In this document: positions 24,240-36,006 of the stretch, piece after piece | Layout of the letters: every line of letters starts with the position of its first letter | How positions within the stretch are numbered: position 1 is the first letter of the stretch | Origin: Coniocarpon cinnabarinum | Taxonomy: Eukaryota | Direction of reading: 5' to 3' | NCBI GenBank assembly: GCA_051942205.1 | Contig: JAVECO010000055.1 | Span: 1-64,000, forward strand | Length of the DNA: 64,000 nt | Made by a program: the position numbers and the translations under genes | Notes under the pieces: model-generated | Told to the model about the DNA's origin: nothing | Databases searched by the model: none | Seen by the model: only the letters and a program-made list of their open reading frames with translations

Positions 24240-25397
24240 CTAAGCGTCATGTCTGCAAACGAAGATAGACCTGACAGCGCCATTGCCAACAACAGGAAGG
24301 CGATCAGACGGCGCAGATATGATACTGTGATCAAACGCACCGGGGTCATCTCGCCATGTCTCCACTCGGTGCTTCTTCGCATCATGGCTTTGGATATCGG
24401 AAGCAATGGATCTAGCGACACGCTGAGCTTGATCCATGCTTCCAATTTCCAGCAAAGCCGCCTGAGCTTGTACCTTCTTCATAGCACTGACAAGCTTATC
24501 GTAAAATAAATCCTCCGGTCTGCTGTCGCGAAGCAGACCGTTTGAAAAAGAGGGTGGCGGCAGCAGCGCCCGCCTCGGCTCAAAGCACCGTACGCTCCTC
24601 TCCGTTCGCGACGAAAAGTAATCATCGACGGACACGTAGGGCGGATTAGCAACCACGACATCCCAATGCGTCTCGCCGCGTTGTTCCAAAAGCTGCCACA
24701 AGCTGGGTGTAATACCTGTGACACGTTCACTCGCTGCCAGCACATCAGCTTGGAAAAAATCAATGGTGTGGCGCTTCATGAACTTGTGCACCCGTTGAAC
24801 ACGTGTGGCATTTTTCCTAGCAAGCCTCACAGCTTGATTGCTAATATCAACGCCCAACACTTGTAAATGCACGTCTTGCTGCGTCTTCGAAAGCTCATAG
24901 GCCAACAACAGCCCCATGCAGCCTGTGCCAGTGCAGAGATCCAGAATTTTCAGAGAAGGCTGTACCTTCGCGTTTGCGAGGCGACCCTTTGAGAACTTGT
25001 CTGGCAAACAGCTCGGCAGCCGTTTTGCCAGGTATGTCACTGCCGCCGCGGTCTCTTGCCTAGGTATGAGCACACCTCGCCTCACGCGCAGCTCAAAGTC
25101 ACCGAAAAACTCGGTACCTAGGAGGTACTGCAACGGTACGCCACGGCCTCTTTGCCTGCAGAAGTGGTGCAGTATGCTTCGCTCATTGCTTTTTAAATGA
25201 TTCGTACGTGCGTCCGTATCTCTTGCTCCGACCAAGACTGGCAGTGAATGCCCAGCGCTGCGTTGTTTCGCGGCCGCTTCCAACCATCTTAGCTCATTGC
25301 GGGCTGACTCAAGAGTACGACAAGGTCCCAGAAGAAGTGGTAACAGCGGATCGTAGTTTCGTGCATGACGTATAAGAGCTGTTGGTAGACGTGGCAT
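24240..25397 (-). CDS. MTQ1: Mitochondrial release-factor glutamine methyltransferase (HemK/PrmC)
   Basis: MPRL start, PLQYLLG.EFFG, GVLIPRQET, ILDLCTGTGC, NPPY motif, FEPRRAL. Confidence 0.9.
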   Translation of the reverse strand: MPRLPTALIRHARNYDPLLPLLLGPCRTLESARNELRWLEAAAKQRSAGHSLPVLVGARDTDARTNHLKSNERSILHHFCRQRGRGVPLQYLLGTEFFGDFELRVRRGVLIPRQETAAAVTYLAKRLPSCLPDKFSKGRLANAKVQPSLKILDLCTGTGCMGLLLAYELSKTQQDVHLQVLGVDISNQAVRLARKNATRVQRVHKFMKRHTIDFFQADVLAASERVTGITPSLWQLLEQRGETHWDVVVANPPYVSVDDYFSSRTERSVRCFEPRRALLPPPSFSNGLLRDSRPEDLFYDKLVSAMKKVQAQAALLEIGSMDQAQRVARSIASDIQSHDAKKHRVETWRDDPGAFDHSIISAPSDRLPVVGNGAVRSIFVCRHDA

Positions 25398-25903
25398 CGA
25401 CTATTCGTCGACCGATCAAGGAGGCTCGCGCTGAAGCTCAGAGTAGAACTCCGCCCAAGGGGCTTCCAAGCTCAACCGCGCCTCCATTGCCACGGCGACT
25501 GCATTTAAAGTTATGAGCACAGTCTGGCCTCGAACACGAAAAGGATGAAGTGGATGTGAAACTAGGGTGGCACGGTGGACTCTCTGCAAGTGCCTGGTAC
25601 ATAGGATATGTATAGATATCAATATATTGTTCATATACAGTTTAGAACAGACCCCAGAGGATAAAATGGTAGCATCGCAAATCTTAGAACACCTGAATGC
25701 AAAGACGATTAATGCATCATATTATGTACCTTGCCAGGTCACAGGTGAAGTGAATTAGCTTCGAAGACGTGACACATGCATTCATTAATCGCATCTAAGT
25801 ATCAAGTCAATCTTAGTCTATCGTACAATCTATCCAAACTCGCTCTGTTAGCACGTCACGTGCTCTCGACGCCTTCCAATGCTTGCCGGCACGGCGAAAT
25901 CTA

Positions 25904-28900
25904 TTACGAGAACGCCCTCTCAACGCCTGTCATGGTTTGGCTTCCACTTCCCGAAGGTGCTAACCCTCGCATAGCAGCTGCCGCGCGCTGCATAGCTCTG
26001 TTCGCCACCGTTGGGAAAAACTCCATCACGAAATGCTCGGTGTAGTAGGAGTGATTGCTGGAATGGTCGCTCACAATGTTGTGTGCCAATTCGTGGCAGA
26101 TTGTGACCCACCAGTAGATTAGCGCTGCGCTCTCCGCCTGTGCTACAGTCTCCGGCTTGGTGAGACCAGGTAGATGAAGCTGTGCAAAGTACCGGAAATT
26201 GCAAAAGATTGCGCCGTTGGAATTGAACGCTATGCTCTCGCCTTGCGTATCAAAATAGATATGCAGGCTCTCTTTCCGAAGATCGAAAACAGCCGCGCAT
26301 TCAAGAAGCGTTGCGGCAAAAAGATCAAGACCTGGATGGTTGCGCTCAACAAATGAGGTGGGATCAGGAACTGTGCGATCAAGATACATTTGCATGCCTT
26401 GAGATGTTTGAGCTACTAGGACGAGGTTATGCCCTGATCTGGTGTCACAGTAGGATGCAACTTCTTTGACCGAATTGGTCTCAAGTTGCGTGAAAAGTTG
26501 GGAGCTGTTGTAGCCCCTCGAAGCCGAAATAGCAGATTGGAGGTTGCTGTTTGTATTTGCTGGTGGAGAAACATGTTCGGCAGATGGCTGACCTTGTGTC
26601 TGAAGCGCCTGTGGATCGTATGGTGTGTACGGAGGTGGCAAACCGCCTGATGGATCCATCGACGTTGGCGACTGTGCTGCTTGGGGTGTGGTACTTAGGG
26701 GACGTGGTCCGCCGCCTCTGCGCATGAAGTTTTCGAGTCCCTCCGCAAAGGACTGGTTTTGATCTAGGCCAAGCCCTTTGCGTACTTGAGAGAACAAGCT
26801 AGAGGGTTGCGGTTGGCGCTGTTGTTGTTGAGTACGATCCGGGCTGTTGTCAAATGCGCCAGGCATCGCGATCTTATCATTAGAGCTCTGTGCGGAGTCG
26901 TCTGCATCATGAAAAGTCTCGTCGGGGTGACTGTCCTGTAATTTTGATGGTCGTGCCCTGTCCACAAGAGCCATTTCCTCTTGCCGTTGTTGGACACGCT
27001 TCCTGTCTTCCTCGACTTGCCGCTGCTTTTCAAGCTCGGCTGCTCGAGCCTCTCTTTGCTTACGTTTGAGGACTCGATCCACATCGTAGCCACGTGACTT
27101 TAGCTTATACAAGCTCGTACTCAAGAACATTTCAAACACGAATATATTCTGTGTCTTGGATTTGCCCACAAGCAAGCCTACAATCTCTTGACTGACCTGC
27201 CACACGTCGTACTCAGGAGTGATGGCCAGCGTAAATTTCGTTTTGCCATCCCTGCTAAGGACAACCGCTGCTGTTCGACGCTCCGTGTGGGACTTATTAT
27301 ACCCCTTCAACGATCGACGCAACGACACGGACTGAACGGTCTGCACCGCTAAGTTCTTCTCTAGCCATCTCACGTCATGGACCACAGCATTTGATGGCTG
27401 CTCGTGAAGAAACAGGCGGGAGCGCTCCAAAATGAGCTCTTTGAGAACATCCGCAGAGCGTTGGTCTCGCATTCCAGGGCCTAGCCTAGGCTCTTCGTCG
27501 ACCAAATCGGCTACGGTGGGAGCTCCTAGCATCCGGTAAAAATCCTCAAGCGGCTCTTCTTGAGGTGCCGCGGCGAGATGCTCACGGAAAAGCGCGTACG
27601 GTATCAAATCGGTGACAATGACGATGTGTTCCGCAGCACGTAAGTGCCATTCTCTTACAAGCGGCTGCTCCTCGGCTTCCAAATCATCAAGATCCATCAG
27701 GTTTTGTGTGTCTTGCTCCGACCCTTGAGCAGGACGTTCGCGATAAGCAAGAAGAAACGGTGCCTTGCGCATTTCTTTCCATAAAACTTTGTCTTTCTTC
27801 AAAGTGGAAGCATTGACTTGAAGTCTTCGAAGCAGGTTGAGATATTTCTCCGTCTTGAGCGACTGCAACCTCTGAGCAGGCTCGCGCATCAAATGTCTGG
27901 CCAGTTCTGTGATGCTCGGCTCATGTTTACTACCGACTTTCAGCAAAAATACATTTGCCTCTTGACCGAAATCAACATAGTCGAATATGTCACCGTATTC
28001 TTCGTTGTCGCCCAGGAAGCAACTGCTGGGATTGACCATACGATAAGTTGGTGCTTGACCGTCATGGTGCTTACTCTTGACAGGAACTATAGGCATTGCG
28101 CTGAGCCTATCTGCCAGATTTGGTGAGATTTCTGTTAGTCTTTCTGCAAAATAAGCGAACAGGGACTTGGCCTCTTTCTCATTGCTAGGTGGTTTCTGTG
28201 TGAGGCGAGTCGCACAATCAAAGATAGGCGGATGTTCACGGACACCCAATTTTGAGGCGTTCGATCGGAGATCAGCACGGATCACTTGAAATCCTAGTTT
28301 GGTCGCATTTGCGCTTGCAAACAATTCAATGGGCGAGGCAACTGTACGCTTTTCCATGCCCTCGACAGGTAAGAAGCGAAGCTGTACGCCGCTCAGATCA
28401 AAAGAAGCGTAGTTGTTTTGGTAATGATTTTCGATGAAGTATCTCAATCCAGCTTCAAACACCGAAATATCGCCATTTGTATGAGCGTCCGCCACGATCT
28501 TGATCAGCTCCGGAACCGACGGATATAGGCGCAGCCCAAGTGTGCGCAGAAACTTCCCTTCGCTTGAAAAGGCATTGAATGGAGGAGGCCATTGTGCTAC
28601 AGGCAGACCAAGCTGTCGCAGAGAATCTTTTGGCTCATACAACTCGGCTAGCTTGAATCGCTGCTTTGTAGCCTTTTTGGGATCGCCATCCACTTCTGCA
28701 GGACATAGCGCTGTATTGCGTAGTTGGTTGAGATCTGCCTCAGGAATATCATCCCACACAGAAACCAAGTACTTGATGAGATCTATGTGACTCCAGCTTG
28801 ATTTTTCAGCTTGCGAATCAGAAGTGCTCATTAAGCGACTGAAAATCACAGACAATTCTATCGTCTTTCTGACACCAAGCGTTTTCAAGAATCTTTCTTT

Positions 28901-31276
28901 CACGCCATCTAGCTTGGTAATAGGCAAGTCATCAAAAAGTCGCACGCTTGGAAAGTAAGCCTCGCTTGGTTTTCTCATACCATGTTTCGTTGGTATCACG
29001 GTGAGCGGTGACAGCAGCTCAACGACGGTGTTCTTTGACGACTGACTGAGATTATCCCAGCCTCGTGACACGGTACTCAGCATCTGCTGAGCAAAGGCTG
29101 GTGTCTGCAGAGGATTCCTCTCTGATTCTAAGGACCCTTTTGAAGCGCTCTGCAACAACCACCTTAGCCACGGAACAAGTTGGAGCTCCTCCCAGCCAAA
29201 TGATTCCAGGTCAGCTTTCACAATACCTTTGGTGAACCGTTGCGGAATGGTCTCGGGCGGCAAGGGTAAGTCAGGAGAGATTCGAGAAGGATTCAGGAAG
29301 TTATGGACACGCCTCAGCTCGATCAAGCCTTGCGACGATCCAGACGCGTCTGGTGCCAACGTCACGACTGTTGAAGAAAATAGAGCTTGGACCGAGTCTA
29401 TCTCAAGCTGATCACATCGAATGCCTTTCGCCGCCCATTTAAGCAGCTCTTCCAGCTGCGCCTCGCTCAGCGCTTGCTTCTCAAGCTCTCGCTTGATGTC
29501 TGCGGTTGTAATTTCTGAGAGAAACCCGAAATGACTCAACTTTGCCAGAAAATCGGCCGCTTGGTTTTGGACAAGCTCCGGCACTACAGGAAGACCCTTC
29601 ACAAAACTCAAGCTTTCAGAAGCGATGCGAACGTCCTCACTAGAAAGAACACCACATGAGGAGATCATCTCAATGCTGTGTGCTTTCATGCAAGTCCAGA
29701 AGGCTTCCTCAACAATGCGGCTAACCCCTGACAGCGGAGTGGACTCATTGAATGTGAACTGTTCCAAGGTATGTATAGCAGTGGGCAGACTCTTTTCGAC
29801 CTCTGAATCAGTCGGCAAGCCATTATTGTCTTTTGCTGTTGCATTAAGCCGGAGTCGGAGGCGACCCATCTCTGACGCGTATGCTATACGGCATGCCACG
29901 CCTGCAACGCCCAACAACTCTTGATTCCACGTTCGTACATACCGAGCATTCAGATCAACATTTTCACGCTCGACGGTAGGTATTAGAGAAGGTGCAGAAA
30001 TGTGCGCAAGCAGTCCAGTGGTCTGTGCAGTGGGGAAGCCAATGAATATCTTGCCATTCTTAGTTGGCAAGGCTCCTAGAATAGCGCCTGCGACTTTGGA
30101 GGATGCAGCGCCAGATACCGTTGACATTGTTGCTTCTGTCTCATCGTGCGAAGAGGTCAAGATTTGGATCTTGGTCGTCTTTGGAGGTGGTTTCTTGGTA
30201 GCACGTTCAAGCTCTGCCGAGAAAGTGCCAGACACTCTACTCTTAGCGGACACATTGTTGATCCGGATGAAAACCGTAGCTTGAGACGAGCCCGTAATGT
30301 CCTCAGATATTGCTTTCTGTGCGGCTGCTTCCTCCGCTGCAGCCTTCTTAGCAGCAACACTGTTCTTGCCAGATCCAGTCAGACGAGAGAAGAAGGTTCT
30401 CAAGGAAGGCGGTTTGCCATCTGTGTCACCGGCCTGAGCGTCGATCTGTTCTGCGGCGGGTGTCCATCCGACGATATTCATCCAAGATGCATCTATCTGT
30501 GCGCTTTGACTCGTAATACCTGTGACCTGCAGAATGCCTTCTTTCGTTTTGGTGTTCACGCCCCTTGGCATATCAATCGACTCTTCAGGAGCGAACTTTT
30601 TCTTGAGTGAGAAAACTTTCCAGTCGTCGAGCCATAGGTCAATGCTCTCTAAGTTGACGAAGGTCAAGCTCGTGCTCAAGAATTGACAAATCGACATCAG
30701 ATCTGGCACCGCGGTAGTCTTGTTTCGGTAGTCCAGCACAAAGCTGGTGAGATCCTTAAGCGACTCTGGCGGCAAGCGTCCTCTTCGCGTAAAAAGACTA
30801 TTACCTTTCCAATAGAAGGCCATACTTTGATCTCCGGATATGACAAAAGGATTCTCGCATTCTGAGAAAACTGAGTAAAAGCCAACGCCAAACGCGCCAA
30901 TCTTAGTCTCATCCGGGTTTCCTTCTGCAATCCTCTTGAGCCTGGCCCAGTCGCTTTCTCGAAACGGCTCGCCATTGTTCGACACTAGAAGTCGTTGGAG
31001 GGTGTGGTGCCGGACTGTATGCTTCAGATTGGCGGATCGATCATTGGATGAAGGCAGCGGCACGGTCGGCGAAGGTAACGTCTCAAACTTGATCGTGACA
31101 TTGGTAGCAGAGGCGTCGGCAGCATTCTGAATGAGCTCTCGAATTGTTGTATGCTCCCCAGAGTATCGAGCAAGGACTTTGTCGATCAATGCCCGGGTAT
31201 TAACCGTCACCGCCTCTTCATCCTGGCCGGACCCCAATGTCTGATCACGTAGCTTCGAGAAGTCTACGATCGCCAT
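25904..31276 (-). CDS. 1790-aa GHKL/sacsin-like ATPase plus DUF3684 protein with C-terminal HEXXH zincin-like domain
   Basis: Intronless ORF. IRELIQNAADA, NNGEPF, IGAFGVGFYSVF (Bergerat-fold motifs); C-terminal IAFNSNGAIFCN...CHELAHN...HSSNHSYY. Confidence 0.85.
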   Translation of the reverse strand: MAIVDFSKLRDQTLGSGQDEEAVTVNTRALIDKVLARYSGEHTTIRELIQNAADASATNVTIKFETLPSPTVPLPSSNDRSANLKHTVRHHTLQRLLVSNNGEPFRESDWARLKRIAEGNPDETKIGAFGVGFYSVFSECENPFVISGDQSMAFYWKGNSLFTRRGRLPPESLKDLTSFVLDYRNKTTAVPDLMSICQFLSTSLTFVNLESIDLWLDDWKVFSLKKKFAPEESIDMPRGVNTKTKEGILQVTGITSQSAQIDASWMNIVGWTPAAEQIDAQAGDTDGKPPSLRTFFSRLTGSGKNSVAAKKAAAEEAAAQKAISEDITGSSQATVFIRINNVSAKSRVSGTFSAELERATKKPPPKTTKIQILTSSHDETEATMSTVSGAASSKVAGAILGALPTKNGKIFIGFPTAQTTGLLAHISAPSLIPTVERENVDLNARYVRTWNQELLGVAGVACRIAYASEMGRLRLRLNATAKDNNGLPTDSEVEKSLPTAIHTLEQFTFNESTPLSGVSRIVEEAFWTCMKAHSIEMISSCGVLSSEDVRIASESLSFVKGLPVVPELVQNQAADFLAKLSHFGFLSEITTADIKRELEKQALSEAQLEELLKWAAKGIRCDQLEIDSVQALFSSTVVTLAPDASGSSQGLIELRRVHNFLNPSRISPDLPLPPETIPQRFTKGIVKADLESFGWEELQLVPWLRWLLQSASKGSLESERNPLQTPAFAQQMLSTVSRGWDNLSQSSKNTVVELLSPLTVIPTKHGMRKPSEAYFPSVRLFDDLPITKLDGVKERFLKTLGVRKTIELSVIFSRLMSTSDSQAEKSSWSHIDLIKYLVSVWDDIPEADLNQLRNTALCPAEVDGDPKKATKQRFKLAELYEPKDSLRQLGLPVAQWPPPFNAFSSEGKFLRTLGLRLYPSVPELIKIVADAHTNGDISVFEAGLRYFIENHYQNNYASFDLSGVQLRFLPVEGMEKRTVASPIELFASANATKLGFQVIRADLRSNASKLGVREHPPIFDCATRLTQKPPSNEKEAKSLFAYFAERLTEISPNLADRLSAMPIVPVKSKHHDGQAPTYRMVNPSSCFLGDNEEYGDIFDYVDFGQEANVFLLKVGSKHEPSITELARHLMREPAQRLQSLKTEKYLNLLRRLQVNASTLKKDKVLWKEMRKAPFLLAYRERPAQGSEQDTQNLMDLDDLEAEEQPLVREWHLRAAEHIVIVTDLIPYALFREHLAAAPQEEPLEDFYRMLGAPTVADLVDEEPRLGPGMRDQRSADVLKELILERSRLFLHEQPSNAVVHDVRWLEKNLAVQTVQSVSLRRSLKGYNKSHTERRTAAVVLSRDGKTKFTLAITPEYDVWQVSQEIVGLLVGKSKTQNIFVFEMFLSTSLYKLKSRGYDVDRVLKRKQREARAAELEKQRQVEEDRKRVQQRQEEMALVDRARPSKLQDSHPDETFHDADDSAQSSNDKIAMPGAFDNSPDRTQQQQRQPQPSSLFSQVRKGLGLDQNQSFAEGLENFMRRGGGPRPLSTTPQAAQSPTSMDPSGGLPPPYTPYDPQALQTQGQPSAEHVSPPANTNSNLQSAISASRGYNSSQLFTQLETNSVKEVASYCDTRSGHNLVLVAQTSQGMQMYLDRTVPDPTSFVERNHPGLDLFAATLLECAAVFDLRKESLHIYFDTQGESIAFNSNGAIFCNFRYFAQLHLPGLTKPETVAQAESAALIYWWVTICHELAHNIVSDHSSNHSYYTEHFVMEFFPTVANRAMQRAAAAMRGLAPSGSGSQTMTGVERAFS

Positions 31277-31894
31277 AATGGAACGGCAGGGTCTCCAGGA
31301 AATGCTTTATGCTATGTGACTAACAATTGGTCCAACGCAATTTCCTTTCAGAAGCCACGAACTGGCACGATCCAGAATCATTATGGGCTTCCCCAAGTAC
31401 CAGATGAAGACATAAAGAAATATGAATTGCTCGTGGAGGCGTCAATGATTAGATTGAAATGTGGCAAGGGAGGCAAGGTATTTGTTGAAATGAGCGGCAA
31501 CTAGGCAAATAGGGTAATGAGATAGATGGGCAGGCGTATTCAATGTAGTGAAGGCGTTTACAAGTTGTTGCCACCACACCACCGCTGTGTGTTTGTTGAG
31601 TGAAGGCCGACCACGCCTACGTCACTAAATAAATAATCAATCACGTGACTTAGCTCACTTGTTGAAACGCCTCCAGCAAGGGTCGACGACATTCACTGCT
31701 CACGCCGCCCAAAGGGAAGATAATCGCTGGCTACTAAACTGACATCAGATCCGCTCGCACAATCGCTATTGGCGCAAAACTCCCGTCTTCAGTCCCCGCT
31801 AGATTACACATTAATAACAGCCCGCAACCTTTGTGTTCTACACTTCCTCGAACCCCTCACGTTCCCCTACCCATGTTCTAAATCTTCGAACACC

Positions 31895-32638
31895 ATGCCC
31901 CTCTCCCAAATAACACCCTACACAACCGCCTTCTCCAACCTCCTCACCTCCACGACCAGCCGCTACGCTTCGATCCGCCAACGCCTCCTCCCCGACGACA
32001 CCGACGGCGACACCGAAGACGACACCCACATCTGCCGAGTCCTGCGAGCTTACTACGTCGAAAAGGGGATTCCATTTCCTCCGTGGCTGCCGCCTGATCC
32101 TAAAGACAAATACAGCGCCTATGGCCAGAACATGGGGAGCCAGTATGCGCAACAACCACAAGCGGGGGGACCATACGGACCACATGCGCAGAGATATGGT
32201 GGCGCTTCCGCGGCTACAGGACCAAAGAGGGGCGGTCTGAGTGACCTGTGGGATTCTGGACCTAGTCAGGAGACGAGCGCACCCACGAGTCTACGCGCGG
32301 GTCGCCAGAACCCGGCAACCGCAGCGGCAAGTCAGGTCTACAACCCGAGTGGCAATCCAGCCATGGGAGGTGGAAGAAGTGAGAGACTGGCGCCTGTGGG
32401 TGGGCGACCGCTGCCGAGTCAGAGAGAGGGGAGCTATCAGAGTTTGAGGAGTCAGAGGGGCGGCGGGTTAAGTCAGGCGGGCAGCACGGCGAGCGAAGAG
32501 AGCGTGGTGAGTTCACGCCCGAGTGTGGCGAGTACGGCGCCGGCGACTACACAGGATCGGTTGAAGGCGAGACTTTGGGGAGGGCGGACAGGGAGCCCTG
32601 CGCCTGGTAGTGGAGGAGGGGGTGGGGGAGGGTATTAG
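31895..32638 (+). CDS. MSO1: Mso1-like Sec1-binding exocytosis protein
   Basis: DGDTEDDTHICRVLRAYYVEKGIPFPPWL N-terminal motif followed by a low-complexity tail; first suitable ATG at 31895. Confidence 0.75.
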   Translation: MPLSQITPYTTAFSNLLTSTTSRYASIRQRLLPDDTDGDTEDDTHICRVLRAYYVEKGIPFPPWLPPDPKDKYSAYGQNMGSQYAQQPQAGGPYGPHAQRYGGASAATGPKRGGLSDLWDSGPSQETSAPTSLRAGRQNPATAAASQVYNPSGNPAMGGGRSERLAPVGGRPLPSQREGSYQSLRSQRGGGLSQAGSTASEESVVSSRPSVASTAPATTQDRLKARLWGGRTGSPAPGSGGGGGGGY

Positions 32639-33407
32639 GCCTTCTGACTCGACTGCATCTCGAGGTGCCATCGCGAGCTGTTCAGGAACGCATCAATGAA
32701 ATTCTGGTGAAAATCCTGAGAAGGCGTCGATCTCGACACCACCACCATTGGAACAGACATCATTGCGAGTTACGGAGAAACAATCCGAGCAAGGGACGGC
32801 AGATACGAGGACTAGAAGGTCACTCTTATAATGTAGCGCCGATTTAACAAGCATTACGGTAAGTCCTGTTTGCTTCTTCGGCCGCTCTGCCTGGCTAGGG
32901 ATGTCCAATCCTAAGAGGAGGACCAAAACCTGCGTCGCTCAGGCTGTTGTTCCTCGTCTCAGGCTGGCGCGGACAACAAAGCCACTTTGACGAATTCAAA
33001 GCTTGAAACCGCTTGCTTGGAATAAAGGCTCTTTCCACAAAGCAGATGCGAGCCTGCGGGGCTCTGATTGTGGAGTTTGATTCAGGGCATGAAAGGATAG
33101 TAGTTGGAAGAGGATGGTGGTTTGGATGCAGCAGATTGGAGTCTGCGAGTCTGCGTGGTCATGCAGCTTACTCAAAAGTACTGCTTGCAGACTCATTCTC
33201 CTCAAGTATTACGATAGATAATGAGCTGCAGGATAAAACGCTCGATAATGATGATCACGAACGAATCAGACAGGTTACAAGTACACTTGGTATATAATAT
33301 CGGGATCTCGAAGCTCTAACTAATACTCGTACATCCTCTTAGGAACGCTGACACCTAGGCTCTTGTACAATTGAGAAATCTTTACATCGTAATGTCGTAC
33401 ATCATAT

Positions 33408-35664
33408 TCATACACTCGGGTGGCCAGAGGAATGCACATGTACCAGAGGTTGATCATTGACCCTAAATTGCTGCTGTGTCGGTCCTGGACGTTGCTGGCT
33501 CTTAACTCGATTGTACTTATCCGTAGCAATGTCAATCCACATCTGATTGCCCGTCTCGCCGGCCTGAACGACACTGCCCTGAGCAATCCTCTCAGCTTGG
33601 TGATCTACTATGCCACCAAAGAAAGCGTGATGCATGTAGCAAAGGCAAAGTGTCTTCAGTAGAGGGTTGTTAGCCTTCTGAGCGTTGTTTATGGCTGCCT
33701 GCAGCACTTGTTTGAGTGCCAGGATGTTTTTATTGACAGAATCCTTCTTTAAGTCTGATATTGTTTGTGAGTCCCGACTTTGTTGCAAAATGGCCATGAT
33801 AAGATGAAATCCGGAGTTCAGGTCGGGATGTTGCAGCGCTATTGTCGTAACATTGCTGTCACCAGGATTGGGCGCAGGGAAAAATCGACGTAGCTTCTCC
33901 ATCAGGGTGCTTACAAAGTTGTGTTGCGGGTGAGAGGGGTGATGGATGATAAGGATTGTGTTGAGCGCAGCAAGGATTGATATAATTGTTGTGAATGTCA
34001 GTGACGTGACATTGGCCGTATCAAGACCAACGTGCAAAGCGCGGAATTTTGACAGCGCCAACTCGAGCTGGCCTTGACCTTGATAGATAACACCTTGAAG
34101 ATATTCCGCAGTCGAAGCTAAATGCGTAGATGCCGTCTTCATACAAGACGCCGTCGCTTGCGCTTGTTGCAAAGCACTCTGAGCGGAAGACCAGTCTGTC
34201 CGAAAGCAGAATGCCAGCGCGAGTCGATACTGTATGATACAGCGCATTTGTCGCAGTGATGCAGCTTTCTCGGACGCAGCGACCAGGGGCATAGTTTGAG
34301 GAGCATCCTGCGTGATGTGTTCGTCGCTAGTCGACTTCAAGGCCTCTTTGAGGTACAACTCGCATTTCCTGTCACGTGCATTTTTCTGAAAAGAGGCAAA
34401 TGCGCTTAGCAAAAACCCAAGTGCATATGCCTCCAGCCGGCCAAGCCAAGAAAAGGTCAAACCAAAGCCTAAGTCGTATTTAGATCTGGGCCAAAGCCGC
34501 ATGCTCATGCATATCAAACATACCTTGATCTGGCTGTCGCTCAAATACACCCCCTGTATCTGTGACCAGGTTCTCTCTACCTGTCGTGTTTAGCCTTAGG
34601 GAGTACGAACGATCCCGCCGCCATCTAATACCAGAAAGCTGAGTGTCCATGAGCTGCTGCATGGCGCTAAGCTTGGCCTGAGTTTGGTGGTAGTCGTATG
34701 GAGTGAGGCTGCTGGCAAGGTCGAGCTGATGTGCTAGTACATGCAAGTGTGGAAGTTCACTGGGAGAATAATTCGAGAGTCGGGCACGAGCACTAGCAAG
34801 TGCCCTCTGAGCTTCCGAGCTTGAGTCCTCCTTGCAGAAACTCAAATGAATGGAACTTTGCATGAGCAGTGCACCTATACTGATCTCCCCATCATTATTT
34901 TGGCGAGCCAGATCAGACACACGCTTTAAGCCTGTCAAAGCAGCATGCAAGTCACGAACAGTGTGGAGCTGCAACAACAATGACGCTTTCAGAAAATTGA
35001 AAGCGTATATCCATTGGGTATGCTGAAGAGTTTCGCAACGAGAAATGATGTGGTCGACATGCTTGAGTGCTGCACGTGACTTGGTCTTGCTCAGAACCCT
35101 GATCAGGAGGTGATGCATGCCATATTCGATATCCAAGAACCGATTGCGCTCGCATGACATGATAGCTTTGCTTAACAACTCCTCAATTCTAGAGGTCTCA
35201 TCAGTTTCTTCAAACAGCAGCGATGCATACTTCAGATGCAACAGGGCATCCTCTCTGGGTGGCCGTCCTCTGAAGGTAGAATGTTTCAGGCTACACTCAA
35301 TACATCGAAGACCAGCAGAGATGAGCTCATAATATCGGGACGTGTCATCGCAATGCTGGGAGTAAGTAATGGCAGGCACCAGCTTGCGAGCTGTGGAGAT
35401 GTAGTGGTCCGCAAGACAGATCAGCAGAACCCGATAGTCAGGCGTCTGCTGTGTAGTGACGACGGGCTTGACGTCCATCTCCGCAGCATAGTCATAAGTT
35501 GATTGAAGCGCTGAAGGTTGATGGAAAGCTGGGGGAGCTGGAATGGCTGTATTGGGGTATGGATTCGGGTATGGATGGCCAGTGGAAGGAGGATTGATGA
35601 CAACCATAGAGTAGGCATTCTGGTGAGCAAAGTGATATGGTGCTGCATTGTTGGAGCCTGCCAT
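33408..35664 (-). CDS. MAU2: Cohesin loader subunit Scc4/Mau2; intron 34469-34523
   Basis: YRVLLICLADHYI, YYELISAGLRCIE, LKYASLLFEET, IEELLSKAI, TPR-like helical body. Two ORFs join via gtatgt...tag. The exact 3' end is uncertain. Confidence 0.8.
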
Positions 35665-36006
35665 CTGCAGTTGAGGTGAAAGTTGCGGTCTGGGTCTCTA
35701 CCGCGTCTCAAAGGCAAACACCGCCACTACGGCGCAAGGCACGCGAAGGCAGCTATGCCACGAAATCTCTAACCGCGTCAACTTTTAGCCAACATAATCA
35801 CGTGCGGACGCGCAAGGGTTTGCGGGCCGAGTCCTTACGTCCTTGAGTCAAGGACCATTATTCCATTGCCGGTCCAATTTCCTGTTAACATTGAGCTACT
35901 GTTATTTGAGTATTCAGAAAAAATCCCTGAACCATACAGGTAGCTAATAGGACACGGTTTGACTCAGGCGAATCAAATCGAGGAGAGCTTGCTGCGCCTC
36001 CATATC

